Part shown: in pieces, positions 12,461-25,081 of the stretch
Layout: the number at the start of each line of letters is the position of its first letter
Numbering within the stretch: the stretch's first letter is position 1
Assembly: GCF_004010195.1 (NCBI RefSeq)
Contig: NC_057718.1
Coordinates: 36,192,501 to 36,256,500 of the forward strand
Length of the DNA stretch: 64,000 nt
Origin: Chiloscyllium plagiosum
Lineage: Eukaryota
Direction of reading: 5' to 3'
Notes under the pieces: model-generated
Database searches by the model: none
Seen by the model: the letters and a program-made list of their open reading frames with translations, nothing else
Told to the model about the DNA's origin: nothing
Made by a program: the position numbers and the translations under genes

Positions 12461-15004
12461 TCAAAATATAAAATAACAAAATATAAAGTTTGGCTAAACC
12501 TCAGTTATAACACTTGCTTTGGGAAAGTTGGAAAATTGGAAAATTTTGAGTTGTGGTGATTACATTGAAAACAGAAATATTTCCCGATTGCAATTACTAA
12601 CAAAACCATAAACATCCTTTTTCAAAAATCAAGATTCTGCCAGAAGGAATGGAGGAAGGAATCTTTCTAATTTATTTGTAATATCACTCACAGATTGTGA
12701 GGTAGTTATAAATAAAAGAAATGGAATGCTATATAATAAGTGTTTTTTTAATCCCCGGATGTAAATATTCTAGTCAAGCTGAATGGCACTGTATTCAGTT
12801 TAATCTGCTTTTACATAAAGGCCCTTTTAAAATTCTAATATGAATATTATTTTCAAATCTGACAATCAGCATCACAAAAGGGCACAGATTCACTATGATT
12901 CCACAACTCTTCAAAATATGTATTCATCTAATACTGGCACCTTGGGCATTAGTCTGTTAGATGTGCTTTCAATTGCTAAGCTCCGTGACTCCCTTCCTAA
13001 TCCTTTTTAAACTTTTGTCTCTTTTTCTCCCTTTATAATGTTTCTGAAAACCTATCTGGATGATCAAGTATTAGTCATCTTTCCTGACACACCTTATGTG
13101 GTCCAATATTTAATTTTGCTTTATAATGCCCTTGAAGTATCTTTAGATATTTGCTTATGTTAAACATACCAAATAAATATAAGTTGTTATCAGCACTATA
13201 CAGTGAGTTTAACTACATAGCTGCTACATTCCTGCTGCACAGATTAGGTTAAGATCACTCCCACAAGTTTCAACAGCAGTGTAAAATTTGGTTTCTTATT
13301 TATAGCTCTCACCAACAGTGGGACAACATACCATCCGAACTTGAAACCATGTCATTGTTTCTTCATGAGCACTGGGTCAAAATTCTGCAAATCCTTTCAA
13401 AAAGGATATATTTACCTTACATGGACTGCAGAGGTTTAAAAAGGCAGTTCACCACCAGCTCCTCAGGGACGAATAAGGAGGGTAAATCAACTTAATCTAA
13501 CCATACTGCTTTGGAAGGAGGTTTCTGAAACAGACATTATATTGATTGAGGAAAATATAATTTGGGTTAGATTTTCAGCTTTACAAGATCGGTGATAATT
13601 TGAGCGAGCAAGTTACCTGCTTGTTATAGAACCTGCCCAACATATATTCTCTTAAAATGAATGGGGGGAAATACATTGTTCTCTAACAGGTTAATGATCC
13701 ATATGGCCAAATTACTCCCATATAGTATAGTCGAAAACATAGCCCATTTGATTCTTACTTCTCCACTCAACACGAGAGTAAATTAATCGCAATATTTGTA
13801 TGATTTAAAAGTTTATGATTAATGAGTTTCATAATCACTGCCAATGTGGAGGGCTAATTTCTCCATAAGTCAATTATTTCATTTTAAACTTATAAAATAT
13901 TTCTGTTCAATCCCTTAAGATGACCTGTGAGATTGGAAAGGGTTTCTTTATGGATATGATTAGTCTGTGGGTGTTTAGAACACTTCAGTGTACTTAACTA
14001 GCACAGACGATCATTCTTAATGAGGAAGGCCTCATTATGTTGCTTCTCTCCAGAATAGCAATCCTACTATTCTCCCATCACAGCATCTGAGTGATGCTAA
14101 CTTTGGGAGTTTATCCTAGAATTACTCCTGCTCCTATTTGTTGTTGATTAGAAGAGACTAGAGATAGACAGGAACAAGGCATGGAATGACAATTCTAAAA
14201 TTAAATCATTGCTTGACCCAGGGTCAACATAGACCTTGTGCATAGGGATGATGGACTTGGTGTCCATAACCTAAAAGATGCTTTGGAATAGTCAGGACTA
14301 GGGATAACAGCTTATTACTTTCTTCTGTTTACATTTGCATACCGTACATTGTTACATTCACTTTGCAGGGATCTGGGCTCTATCCTGTCACCCATACCCT
14401 TAACATCTTTGGCACTGGTTCATTCAGGGATTATCACCCACATGTTCTAGCTACAGTACACTGCTGTATTAAGCATGCCACAATATGCTATGCACCTTTT
14501 TCTCATTGACATCACAAGGGAATTTAGGGACTTGAAGCACTTCTTGGTTTATCTCACATTCACATTAGTTAGATTCTTCCCAGCCTCTGAATGATGTGGG
14601 CCATAGTGAGAAATTTGGGAAAATCAGATGAGGTGTCCAGAGAGGTTATTCTTGATGTTCAGACCAAAGTGTCCCATTTTTCAATGAAGTGTTTTTCATC
14701 AAGATAAGATTCCTGCTGGCAAGTGACAAGAGGTCCATTAGCATGGATTATCACTCATTAACATCTACTGATTACTTTATCTTGCCTCATTAATGTGTAG
14801 TCACCCATTCAACCACCTGGTGGATAGAAATTAGACACCAGGAAGTGCTGACGTGAATGATCACTGGGTGACTTTGGCTTGTTATTTGCTCCAGGAGACC
14901 TCCATCTTGGGCACTCAATATTGGAATCCCAGAGCATGCTCTGGTGACTGTGCACACCCCCACATCCCTGGACAGCTTATTACATCTTTTAACTGAGGTC
15001 CAGG

Positions 15005-15147
15005 TTTTTTTTCTTCTTTTTTTTTCTTTTTCTCTTTTTTAATAATTTAACCCCCACACTACCACCTAAGTGCGGTAGTGCTTATTTTATCCCCAGCACC
15101 CATGGTATGTGTGTGCAGGTGTGAGACACAGTGAAAGACACAAAGTG
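15005..15147 (-). mobile_element. Poly(A)-tailed non-LTR 3' end with stem-loop
   Basis: T-rich tract then CACTACC..GGTAGTG hairpin (15057-15080); family not certain (L1/Tx1-like). Confidence 0.45.
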
Positions 15148-16339
15148 GTGTTGACTGTTAAGGGAGATTATTGCTTGTTAACAACCTTATTAACTGCACC
15201 TCTCACCTCAGTAATATGCAACTTTCTATTGCAGTGAGCAAATGAGATGCTGAGAATTCTTGACATGGATGTTGGGGGAGGGAAGTGGTTGGGGGGTGGT
15301 GTGGTTACCTGGTGACTCACCACTGGATGCAAAAAGCCACCATGTTTGTCAGGGTGTCTCAGGGTATGATCCATGAGCACCAGCCACATGCATCCCTCAA
15401 TTCATGGATATTGGCATCGAATAAGTTCCAACACCTCAGTGTTCAAATGGTACCTGTCCAATCAATTAGCAGAACACTTAGGATGTAGAAGCCTGCACTC
15501 CAGGGTGTGATGGCAACTAGACAAAGAAAGGCACAGGGACAGACACTCAGCTGACAGACTGAACCAGCCTGCCTCTCAGAGGTATACATTTGGCTCACTT
15601 AGAGCTTTCTTGGATCGACACAGTATCCCTCCCTTGCCTAATAACACAGTCACATGACCAGGCAGCTTGCCTTGCTGTTCCCTAATGAAGGGGGTGTCCA
15701 TCTTTCTCCACGGCATTCTGCAAAGTCAATTTCTCACCATCACCACGTGCCAACAGTTTATATGATAAACACACTGCATGTGCAGCATGCAGGTAGCCAT
15801 GCCTCAGTCTTACGGGAATAGTCCTCACAAGCAGGTATGGCGACATCAGTCATTCATGGGATCTCAACACAGTGCATCAAGGGCAGCTCTGAACCCAGTC
15901 CAGGGCATGGGCTGCAGTCAGGAATCCAGTTGGGATGTTCTCAGTCAAGGGTCCATGCATCTGCAATCTGGGGAGTGAGCCAAGGTCAATCCTCTAGTTC
16001 CATAGCAGCCAGTCCAGAGGCTAGAGCTAATGCATGAGGGAAATGTAGAGCCACTGGTCAAGAGTTTGGGCATGACTCATCCATAGTTGTCTAGTTGTGC
16101 CATTTAAGGGTGTTGCTCGTGGTCAGTCCATAGGGTCTGTTCAAAGAAACTAAGGGGATTTGGGTCAAAGAGAGGGCTGCTGTGGTGGGAACTGAACTCA
16201 GGAATTTATTTGTGGGGATTGGGTGTTCCAGGCTGAGGAAAGGATGGATGACAGTTTACAAGTGGGTGTGGGGAGGGAAACATAAGCTGAAGTGATAGCC
16301 TAGTGGCATTATTGCTATGCTATTAATCCAGAGACCCAT

Positions 16340-16745
16340 TTATTGCTAAAGAAATGGAGTATCAAAGTAGGGAAGTTGCAACAGTACAAGGCATTGGAGA
16401 GACCGCACCTGGAATACTGCATATAATTTTGGTCAGGCTACTTGATGAAGAATGTAATTGCTTTGGAGGCAGTTCATAGAAGGTTCACTAGATTAGTTGC
16501 AGAGATGAAAGGCTTATTTTATGAGGAGAGAGTGAGCAGTTTAGGCCCATACTCGAGGGTGCTTAGAAGGATGAAAGGAGATCTAACTGGGGTATATTAC
16601 AAGGTAGATTGACAAGGTAGACATAGAGCAGTTGTTTCCCTTTGTAGGGCAATCTAGAATAGGAGGTCATAGTTGTAGGATAAGGGGTGGCAGATTTAAA
16701 ACAGTTGAGGAACAGTTACTTTTCTCAAAGTGTTGTGAATCTGTG
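16340..16745 (+). mobile_element. CR1 LINE 3' fragment, host of the provirus
   Basis: RPHLEYC-like RT C-terminus; GTGAATCTGTG|GAACTC motif is rejoined when the provirus is removed (continues at 25086). Confidence 0.85.
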
Positions 16746-17412
16746 TGTGGGATATAGGTAAAGTAGTGTTACTTCTGCAATCATAATTACTTATGCAAGG
16801 TAAATGAACTCACAACAGTGTATAATTGTTTCAACCAAGAGCTGAGTCAACAAGAATGAAAACTATGTGAAGGAAATATATAATTGTTTTTGTATTAGCT
16901 AAAATGTGCATACAAGAATTAAACGTGCCTGCAAACAATGGTAGATGTTACAGACAAATAGATAAGGTGCTGTGAGGGTGTAGGTTAAGCCAGACATGCT
17001 TGTACCAACAGTAGTTATAAGTATCTGTTTCCCACTTCTGCAAAAACAAAAAACAAACCCCAATTAAAAGGCTATAAGGTTCAATATGGTTGAGGAATGG
17101 GAGGAAATGTCACAAGTGGGGGAAATAGATGGCAGTGAAGGAGGATATACCTAACAATGGACCACAGCAGGATGTGGTGAAATGGCCAAGTAAAACTTGT
17201 ACTTTGTTATGCACAAAGCCGGATAAGGCAGGAGATAAACAATAGTAATGGGCACCAGGTTTGGAGAGTGAATCCTATATAAGATATGTACTTGCTAAAC
17301 TCTGCATGTCTATTTTAGGCACCACGCTTACAAGCATATAATAAACATACTGATTGCTTCAGATCTTGTCTTGGACTGAAATTATTGAAGTGAGTGAGCT
17401 TCGTTTCTCACG
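16746..17412 (+). repeat. 5' LTR (667 bp)
   Basis: Aligns to 24368-25081; TATATAA at 17276-17282, AATAAA at 17340-17345; ends ...TTTCTCACG (CA in the 3' copy). Confidence 0.96.
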
Positions 17413-17414
17413 AT

Positions 17415-17431
17415 TGGGGGCTGTCTGGGAT
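17415..17431 (+). promoter_or_regulatory. Primer-binding site, tRNA-Pro
   Basis: TGGGGGCTGTCTGGGAT just after the 5' LTR versus canonical Pro PBS TGGGGGCTCGTCCGGGAT (one deletion, one C>T). Confidence 0.88.
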
Positions 17432-17639
17432 ATTCTTCCATTGCCGGGGGGAGTGGCTGGCCCTGGACACTGGGAAGACGCGTCCCGTTCCCAATTGAGG
17501 AGCGGTCTCATGTCCCGGTTTGGTCCACTCCCTTGGGCGACTGGTACAAATCCCACAAGAGAGACATCTGAATCAGACAGTGAAAAGAGGTCGATAGAAA
17601 ATACAGCAACAAGGGGCCAGGCAACTCTGTGCACAGACC

Positions 17640-17648
17640 AAGGTAAGA
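17640..17648 (+). promoter_or_regulatory. Putative major splice donor of the provirus
   Basis: AAG|GTAAGA in the leader upstream of the gag ATG; candidate env acceptor TTTTTGTGCTTTAG at 22651-22664, just before the env ATG at 22678. Confidence 0.6.
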
Positions 17649-17726
17649 AAACTAACTTTTAAGTATTGCCCTGGTGGCCGGAAAAGGGGTATTTAATCGC
17701 TGAGGGACTGGCGAGGGCCCCGAGAA

Positions 17727-18864
17727 ATGGGGGGGGGTAGGCAGAGGAGGTCGAACTGCAATGAAGTAAAGGAAGAAAGAGTCCCTGGTAACATTCCTCC
17801 TGAAAGTCCGTTGGGGAGGATGTTGCGGGAATGGACAAGTAACACTTGTACAAGGGAAAAAGAGCAAAAGAAAATGATTAAATATTGTTGTTTAGTATGG
17901 ACCAAAGAACCAATCCTTCGTCCAGCTGTCTTCTGGTCAAAGTATGGTTCAGACGAGGATTGGGTCTGTCAGTATTTAGGTTTGTATGTGAATGAAAAAC
18001 AACCTTTTAGTCAAGAAGAGGCGGACTATGCGTCCTGTTGGAAGGGAGTTTGGGAATGATGGTAGTAAAGACAAGGGATTCCCTATCTGCCCCACCCAGT
18101 CCCTGGGATCCTCTTGGCTGCTTACCACCCCCTTCCCCCACCCCCCACCCAGTACCATAAAATCAGATTAGGTGAAAATGGGGGAGGAGGAGAAACAGAC
18201 AGACAGGGACAGGGAACGGATGACCCACAAGAGGAGGACGAAGGGGCGGTGGACGGGAATGTTGTTGTTCCCGACCCTCAATCCTCAACAAAAGAAAGGG
18301 AAGATAAAGTAGATTTAGAGGAGGCCTCTGGAGTATCCAAACCAAAGCCTAAGGGGGATAAACAAAAACAAAAAACGGGGAAGAACGTAAAGACTTATCC
18401 CCTTCGGGAGGTACCAATAGGGGACAAAGAGATTGGGTTTGTAAGTGCCCCCCTCACCAGTGGGGAGGTCAGAACATTTAAATAGGAGATGAAGGTCCTG
18501 GTTGAGGATCCAGTAGGGTTGTCTGAACAAATTGATGAATTTTTGGGGCCCAGTCTGTATACATGGACTGAGTTCATGTCTATTTTGAATATACTATTTA
18601 CTAGGGAAGAAAGGAGACTTATACGAGGAGCAGCCATTAAAATATGGGACAGGGAACATCCCATTGGGGGTGGGGATGCTGGACAGGGAGAGACGAAATT
18701 TCCCCTCAGAGACCCCCAGTGGGAAATCAAAACCCGGAGCATAGAGAAGAAATGAGGGAATTGAAAGACCTGGTTCTAAAAGGAATAAGAGAGGCAGTTC
18801 CAAAGTCGCATAATTTGACTAAAGCCTTTGAAGTTAGACAGGAGAAAGATGAGACTCCCTCAGC
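17727..18864 (+). pseudogene. gag: gag (MA, CA N-terminal part), disrupted; runs into gap
   Basis: MG start; IPPESPLGRML..W...MIKYCCLVWT..PILRPAVFW.KYGS and PLREVP...GFVSAPLTSGEVR...DPVGLSEQIDEFLGP.LYTW resemble HERV-I Gag; stops and frameshifts between ORF pieces. Confidence 0.9.
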
Positions 18865-19504
18865 NNNNNNNNNNNNNNNNNNNNNNNNNNNNNNNNNNNN
18901 NNNNNNNNNNNNNNNNNNNNNNNNNNNNNNNNNNNNNNNNNNNNNNNNNNNNNNNNNNNNNNNNNNNNNNNNNNNNNNNNNNNNNNNNNNNNNNNNNNNN
19001 NNNNNNNNNNNNNNNNNNNNNNNNNNNNNNNNNNNNNNNNNNNNNNNNNNNNNNNNNNNNNNNNNNNNNNNNNNNNNNNNNNNNNNNNNNNNNNNNNNNN
19101 NNNNNNNNNNNNNNNNNNNNNNNNNNNNNNNNNNNNNNNNNNNNNNNNNNNNNNNNNNNNNNNNNNNNNNNNNNNNNNNNNNNNNNNNNNNNNNNNNNNN
19201 NNNNNNNNNNNNNNNNNNNNNNNNNNNNNNNNNNNNNNNNNNNNNNNNNNNNNNNNNNNNNNNNNNNNNNNNNNNNNNNNNNNNNNNNNNNNNNNNNNNN
19301 NNNNNNNNNNNNNNNNNNNNNNNNNNNNNNNNNNNNNNNNNNNNNNNNNNNNNNNNNNNNNNNNNNNNNNNNNNNNNNNNNNNNNNNNNNNNNNNNNNNN
19401 NNNNNNNNNNNNNNNNNNNNNNNNNNNNNNNNNNNNNNNNNNNNNNNNNNNNNNNNNNNNNNNNNNNNNNNNNNNNNNNNNNNNAGAGAGAGAGAGAGAG
19501 AGAG

Positions 19505-22500
19505 ACCCTATTGTATGGGCTAGAGAAGGCCATCGTGGAAAACGACAGATCCCTCCTCTAGAAATAAATTTGAAAAGGAACGGGGACGTTGTCTGTGAGC
19601 GACAATATCCCATTTCCATAGAAAGTAAACGAGGACTGCAGCCAGTAATTGAGGGACTGATTAGAGATGGACTGTTGGAGCCATGTATGTCTCCTTATAA
19701 TATCCCAATCCTACCAGTGCAGAAATCTGATGGAACCTATTGATTGGTGCAGGATTTGAGAACATTGAATTGAATAGTACAGATCAGGCACCCAGTGGTG
19801 CCAAATCCCTATACATTATTAAGTAAGATCCCTCATGACCACAAATGGTTTAGTGTGATAGATTTAAAGGATACCTTTTGGGCTTGTCCCTTGGTGGAGG
19901 AAAGTAGGAATTTGTTTGCCTTTGAATGGGAAGATCCCAAGACAGGACGGAAACAGCAATACCGGTGGACAGTGCTCCCCCAGGGGTTTACGGAATCCCC
20001 GTATTTATTTGGACAGATGTTAGAACAAATATTGGAGAAATTTAGCAGCCCCAAGGGAACTACCCTGTTGCAGTATGTCGACAACCTCTGAGCAACAGGG
20101 AAAAGAAGAGAAAGAGTAGTAGAAGCCACTAACAAATAATTGAATTTCCTGGGTCAGCAGGGACTGCGAGTATCTAAAAACAAACTACAATATGTGGAGC
20201 GAGAAATGAAATACTTGGGACATTTAGTTAGTGAGGGAAAGCGAAAGATAAGCCCAGAACGGATAGAAAGAACAGTGGGGATGCCGCTGCCCAGGACTAA
20301 ATGGGAGTTAGGTAAATTTTTAGGTCTAACGGGATATTGCAGATTGTGGATTGATTCTTATGCTCAAAAGACTAAGAAATTATATCTCAAACTATTAGAG
20401 GAGGAACCAAAGTGTCTAAGTTGGGATGATAAGGAAAAAGAACTAGTTGAGGAACTCAAAAGAGATCTGACCCATGCCCCCGTGTTAGCCTTACCTTCCC
20501 TAGATAAACCTTTCCACCTCTTTGTTACCATGGATAAGGGAGCGCCTTTGGGAGTATTAACCCAGAGGTGGGGAGGGATGAAACAGCCAGTAGCATACCT
20601 TTCAAAGCTATTGGATCCCGGGGGTGGCCTGAGTGTGTGCAGGCTGTGGCTGCCACTGCACTGTTGGTGGAGGAAAGCAGAAAGCTTACATTTAGGGGAG
20701 CCCTAATAGTAAGCACCCCACACCAAGTGAGAACGATCCTAAACCAAAAAGCTGGGTGATGGTTGACAGACTCGCGGATTCTGAAATATGAGGCAATATT
20801 AATAGAAAAGGATGATCTAGTGTTCAATTGGGACAATTGTTTAAATCCAGCTGCCTTTCTTTGGAAAGGGGAAGGAGAATCTCCTCAGAATCCAGAGCAC
20901 GACATTATAGAATACCAAACTGAGGTCGGCATGGACCTGAGAGATGTTCCACTTCATGCAGGAGCCCGACTTTTTATAGACGGATCATCCCAGGTGACTG
21001 AAGGGAAAAGACATAATGGGTATGCAGCCATAGGCGGGATGAAAGGTAGTGTGGTAGAGGCAGGAAAGTAGCCGAATGGGTGGTCAGCTCAGACCTGCGA
21101 ACTCTATGCATTGAAAAGAGTCCTTAGGGTGTTAGAAAATAAAGAGGGAACAGTATACACTGACTCTAAATATGCATTTGGTGTTGTGCACACTTTCGGA
21201 AAGATATGGCAGGAAAGAGGACTGATCAATAGCCGGGGGAAGGAATTAGCACATGAGGAGTTGATTAAACGGGTCTTGGAGTCCCTATTACTCCCCCGAG
21301 AAATAGCAGTAGTGCATGTAAATGGCCATCAGAAAGGAAATGAACCAGAAGTTAGGGGGAATAGATTAGCTGATGAAGTGGCTAAGGAAGCAGCCCTGAA
21401 CACACAAGAAGTGGTGATTCATTCCCTAATACCTACTGTCCCAGATCCTTAGGAAGCTCCTATATTTACTGAAAGAGAGGAAAAAGAATTGAAAGATTTA
21501 GGGGCTGCAAAAACAGCAGACGGGCATTGGATGTTACCTGATGGAACGGAAATGTTAAACAAAATGATGATGCGAGAGATTATGGCTGTCCTACATCAAG
21601 GCAGTTATTGGGGAGAACAAGCAATGTGTGATTTAGTTCTTAGGGAATATGGATGTAAAGGAATATATACAATTGCTAAACAAATATGTGAGGGATGTCT
21701 AATATGCAGAAAGGTAAATAAGAAAGTCTTGAGAAAACAGACCCCGGGAGGAAGAGACCAGGGATTGAGACCCTTCCAGAGTATACAAGTAGATTATACT
21801 GAATTACCCAGAGTAGGAAGACTAAAATATATGCTGGTCATAGTAGATCATCTATCTGGTTGGGTTGAGGCATACCCCCTAGCTACCGCCACTGCGAGTG
21901 GGGTGTCTAAAACAATATTAGAGCACATAATTCCCCGATATGGACTAGTGAACCGTATAGATTCCGACCAAGGAACTCATTTTACCTCTAATGTGTTACA
22001 GGGAGTAATGATAGGGTTGGGAATTTCCTGGGAGTTCCATACTCCATGGCACCCACCATCATCAGGAAGGGTTGAGAGAATGAACCAAACACTCAAATGC
22101 CAGTTCTCTAAATTGATAATAGAAACCAGACTCCCTTGGATCAAATGTTTGCCTAAGGAAAGATTTGGGACTATCCCCCCATGAAATCTTAATTGGATTA
22201 CCTTATCTGGGAATGAATGGAGAAATGCCAATTCCCGAAACTAAAGACTTGTTCTTAAAGAACTGTATACTGGGCTTGTCCTCCTCTTTGTCTTTCCTCA
22301 GGAAACAGGGTTTATTGGCACAGATTCCACCCCTTGAATTCACCATTCATCCCATCTGGCCGGGAGATTGGGTCTTAGTAAAATCAAGGACAGAGACTAA
22401 ATTGCAGCCGGACTGGGAAGGGCCGTACCAGGCTCTTTTGACTACCGAAACGGCAAAAAGGACGGCGGGGAAAGGCTGGACTCATTACACTTGGATCAAA

Positions 22501-22587
22501 GGGCCAGTGGAATCTCCAGTTGAGGAAGAAGTCTGGACAGCTGAATCAATGCAAGACCCGCTGAAACTCAGACTAAAGCGACTTTGA
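19505..22587 (+). pseudogene. pol: pol (RT, RNase H, integrase), disrupted
   Basis: DLKDTFW, WTVLPQGFTESP, QYVDNL (YVDD mutated, 20074-20085); RNase H FIDGSS/YTDSKYAFG; integrase QVDYTEL, IDSDQGTHF, SSGRVERMN, GDWVLVK..WEGPY. Confidence 0.95.
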
Positions 22588-22677
22588 GTAACTGATTATA
22601 CAGTGGCAACACGAGCGCTGGATTATTTCTGTAGGATTGTATATTAGATCTTTTTGTGCTTTAGCACAATTTTTTGA

Positions 22678-24317
22678 ATGCTGGGGATGCTTAGAGTTAT
22701 GATACTAGCCCTCTTAGTATTGGGATTTTGTCAAATATTATTTTCATATGTATTATTAACAGTACCTGAGTCTGATAATCCACAAGTAATAGATGCATGC
22801 AGCTTAGTAAATTGTGGGGATGTAGATAATCAGAGACAGTACCGCAGCTCAGAGATACATCCTAAGTCCTATGGGGATGGCCTTGGGGATGGTACTTGGT
22901 CTCATCACAGTACACCGGGCCCTCTTCCGACCAGCTCTTGATTGTCCCGATAAAGAGCGTAACCCAATGTACCTAATGATAAAGAAAACCACATGGCGAT
23001 TCTGGGGGGGGCATCTATCAGGTACAATTAAATGAAACATTTGGGATAGAAATGAAAACAAACGGGAATGATTTCTCGGGCTGTTGTTTTCAAATTAGCG
23101 TAGGACAGGGAATAACGGGCAGAACTACTGGATAATAAGGTACAACCTTTCACCCCTCCCGATGACCTTAAAGTAGTAAAAATTATAGAGGTAAAGGACT
23201 TAAAACAGACCATTAAAATAAAAACTGGTACAGGGATGCAAATGCCTGGGTTGAATGGGTAAAGTATACTGTAAAAAGTCTGAATAAGAGCAATTGCTAT
23301 GCATGTGCCTCCGGTAGGCCAGTGGCCCAGGTGGTTCCCTTTCCGTTCGAGTGGAAGCGAGATAGGAAAGGTATGAAATGTATGATAGCCCTGTGCCAGG
23401 ATAAGACTGCATGGAATGATAGGAACTGTATCTCTTGTGGGCGGCACGGTGGCACAGTGGTTAGCACTGCTGCCTCACAGCGCCTGAGACCCGGATTCAA
23501 TTCCCGCCTCAGGCGACTGACTGTGTGGAGTTTGCACGTTCTCCCCGTGTCTGCGTGGGTTTCCTCCGGGTGNNNNNNNNNNNNNNNNNNNNNNNNNNNN
23601 NNNNNNNNNNNNNNNNNNNNNNNNNNNNNNNNNNNNNNNNNNNNNNNNNNNNNNNNNNNNNNNNNNNNNNNNNNNNNNNNNNNNNNNNNNNNNNNNNNNN
23701 NNNNNNNNNNNNNNNNNNNNNNNNNNNNNNNNNNNNNNNNNNNNNNNNNNNNNNNNNNNNNNNNNNNNNNNNNNNNNNNNNNNNNNNNNNNNNNNNNNNN
23801 NNNNNNNNNNNNNNNNNNNNNNNNNNNNNNNNNNNNNNNNNNNNNNNNNNNNNNNNNNNNNNNNNNNNNNNNNNNNNNNNNNNNNNNNNNNNNNNNNNNN
23901 NNNNNNNNNNNNNNNNNNNNNNNNNNNNNNNNNNNNNNNNNNNNNNNNNNNNNNNNNNNNNNNNNNNNNNNNNNNNNNNNNNNNNNNNNNNNNNNNNNNN
24001 NNNNNNNNNNNNNNNNNNNNNNNNNNAATTCAGGAGTAGACACATCTCTCACGGGATGGCTTGAATTATGGTTTGGAAAATGGAAGGGGGTGGTGGTTTC
24101 CATCCTTATTTCCCTGATAGTAGTAGCCGGGATATTGGTAGCCATTGGCTATTGAGGGCTCACCCAAAGACTGATTGAGACAGCCTTAATGAAACAGATG
24201 CCCCTAAAAGGGAATCAGGCAGAGGAACTTTATCGATTAAATAATGAGGGGATGAGTGAGATCAAGATGGATGAAATCTCTGGAATGATGCTTGTGAATT
24301 TTGGAGGCGATGCTTAA
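22678..24317 (+). pseudogene. env: env, gamma-type; disrupted by stops, SINE and gap
   Basis: Hydrophobic signal peptide; DAC.LVNCGD; VKDLKQTI..TGYRDANAWVEWVKY; CYAC CxxC motif at 23295-23306; TM anchor GWLELWFGKWKGVVVSILISLIVVAGILV. Confidence 0.88.
23439..23572 (+). mobile_element. HE1-type tRNA-derived SINE inserted in env (truncated by gap)
   Basis: GGGCGGCACGGTGGCACAGTGGTTAGCACTGCTGCCTCACAGCGCC...TTCAATTCCC head (A/B boxes); same family as 35597, 41162, 62665. Confidence 0.9.
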
Positions 24318-24349
24318 AAGAAAAATGCAGAAGATACCAAATGATAATT

Positions 24350-24366
24350 AAAGAAAAAGGGGGAAA
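24350..24366 (+). promoter_or_regulatory. Polypurine tract
   Basis: AAAGAAAAAGGGGGAAA immediately 5' of the 3' LTR. Confidence 0.9.
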
Positions 24367-24367
24367 T

Positions 24368-25081
24368 TGTAGGATATAGGTAAAGTAGTGTTACTTCTGC
24401 AATCATAATTACTTATGCAAGGTAAATGAACTCAAAACAGTGTATAATTGTTTCAACCAAGAGCTGAGTCAACAAGAATGAAAACTATGTGAAGGAAATA
24501 TATAAGTGTTTTTGTATTAGCTAAAATATGCATACAAGAATTAAATGTGCCTGCAAACAATGGTAGATGTTACAGACAAATAGATAAGGTGCTGTGAGGA
24601 TGTAGGTTAAGACAGATATGCTTGTACCAACAGTAGTTATAAGCATCTGTTTCCCACTTCTGCCAAAACAAAAAACAAACCCCAATTAAAAGGCTATAAG
24701 GTTCAATATGGTTGAGGACAATTAAAAGGCTATAAGGTTCAATATGGTTGAGGAATGGGAGGAAATGTCACAAGTGGGGGAAAATAGATGGCAGTGAAGG
24801 AGGATATACCTAACAATGGACCACAGCAGGATGTGGTGAAATGGCCAAGTAAAATTTGTACTTTGTTATGCGCAAGGCCGGATAAGGCAGGAGATAAACA
24901 ATAGTAATGGGCACCAGGTTTGGAGTAGTGGGAGGAGAGAAAAAGAAACAAATCCTATATAAGATAAACTCTGCGTGTCTATTTTAGGCACCACACTTAC
25001 AAGCGTATAATAAACATAATGATTGCTTCAGATCTTGTCTTGGACTGAAATTATTGAAGTGAGTGAGCTTCGTTTCTCACA
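24368..25081 (+). repeat. 3' LTR (714 bp)
   Basis: TG...CA termini, preceded by PPT; contains a 36-bp tandem duplication at 24683-24754; AATAAA at 25009-25014. Confidence 0.96.

Larger units (their letters stand above)
16746..25081 (+). mobile_element. Endogenous retrovirus provirus, class I, HERV-I/HERVIP-like; defective
   Basis: Two LTRs (16746-17412, 24368-25081) starting TGT(G/A)GGATATAGG. TGTG TSD at 16742-16745 and 25082-25085. PBS, PPT and gag-pol-env order present; stops, frameshifts and two N gaps. Confidence 0.96.

Noticed and set aside
19505..22587. APOBEC-type G>A hypermutation of the provirus
   Set aside because: Lesions are mixed (CpG-type changes, small deletions); no clear bias by eye.
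22678..24317. Domesticated syncytin-like env
   Set aside because: Stops, frameshifts and a SINE insertion; not intact.
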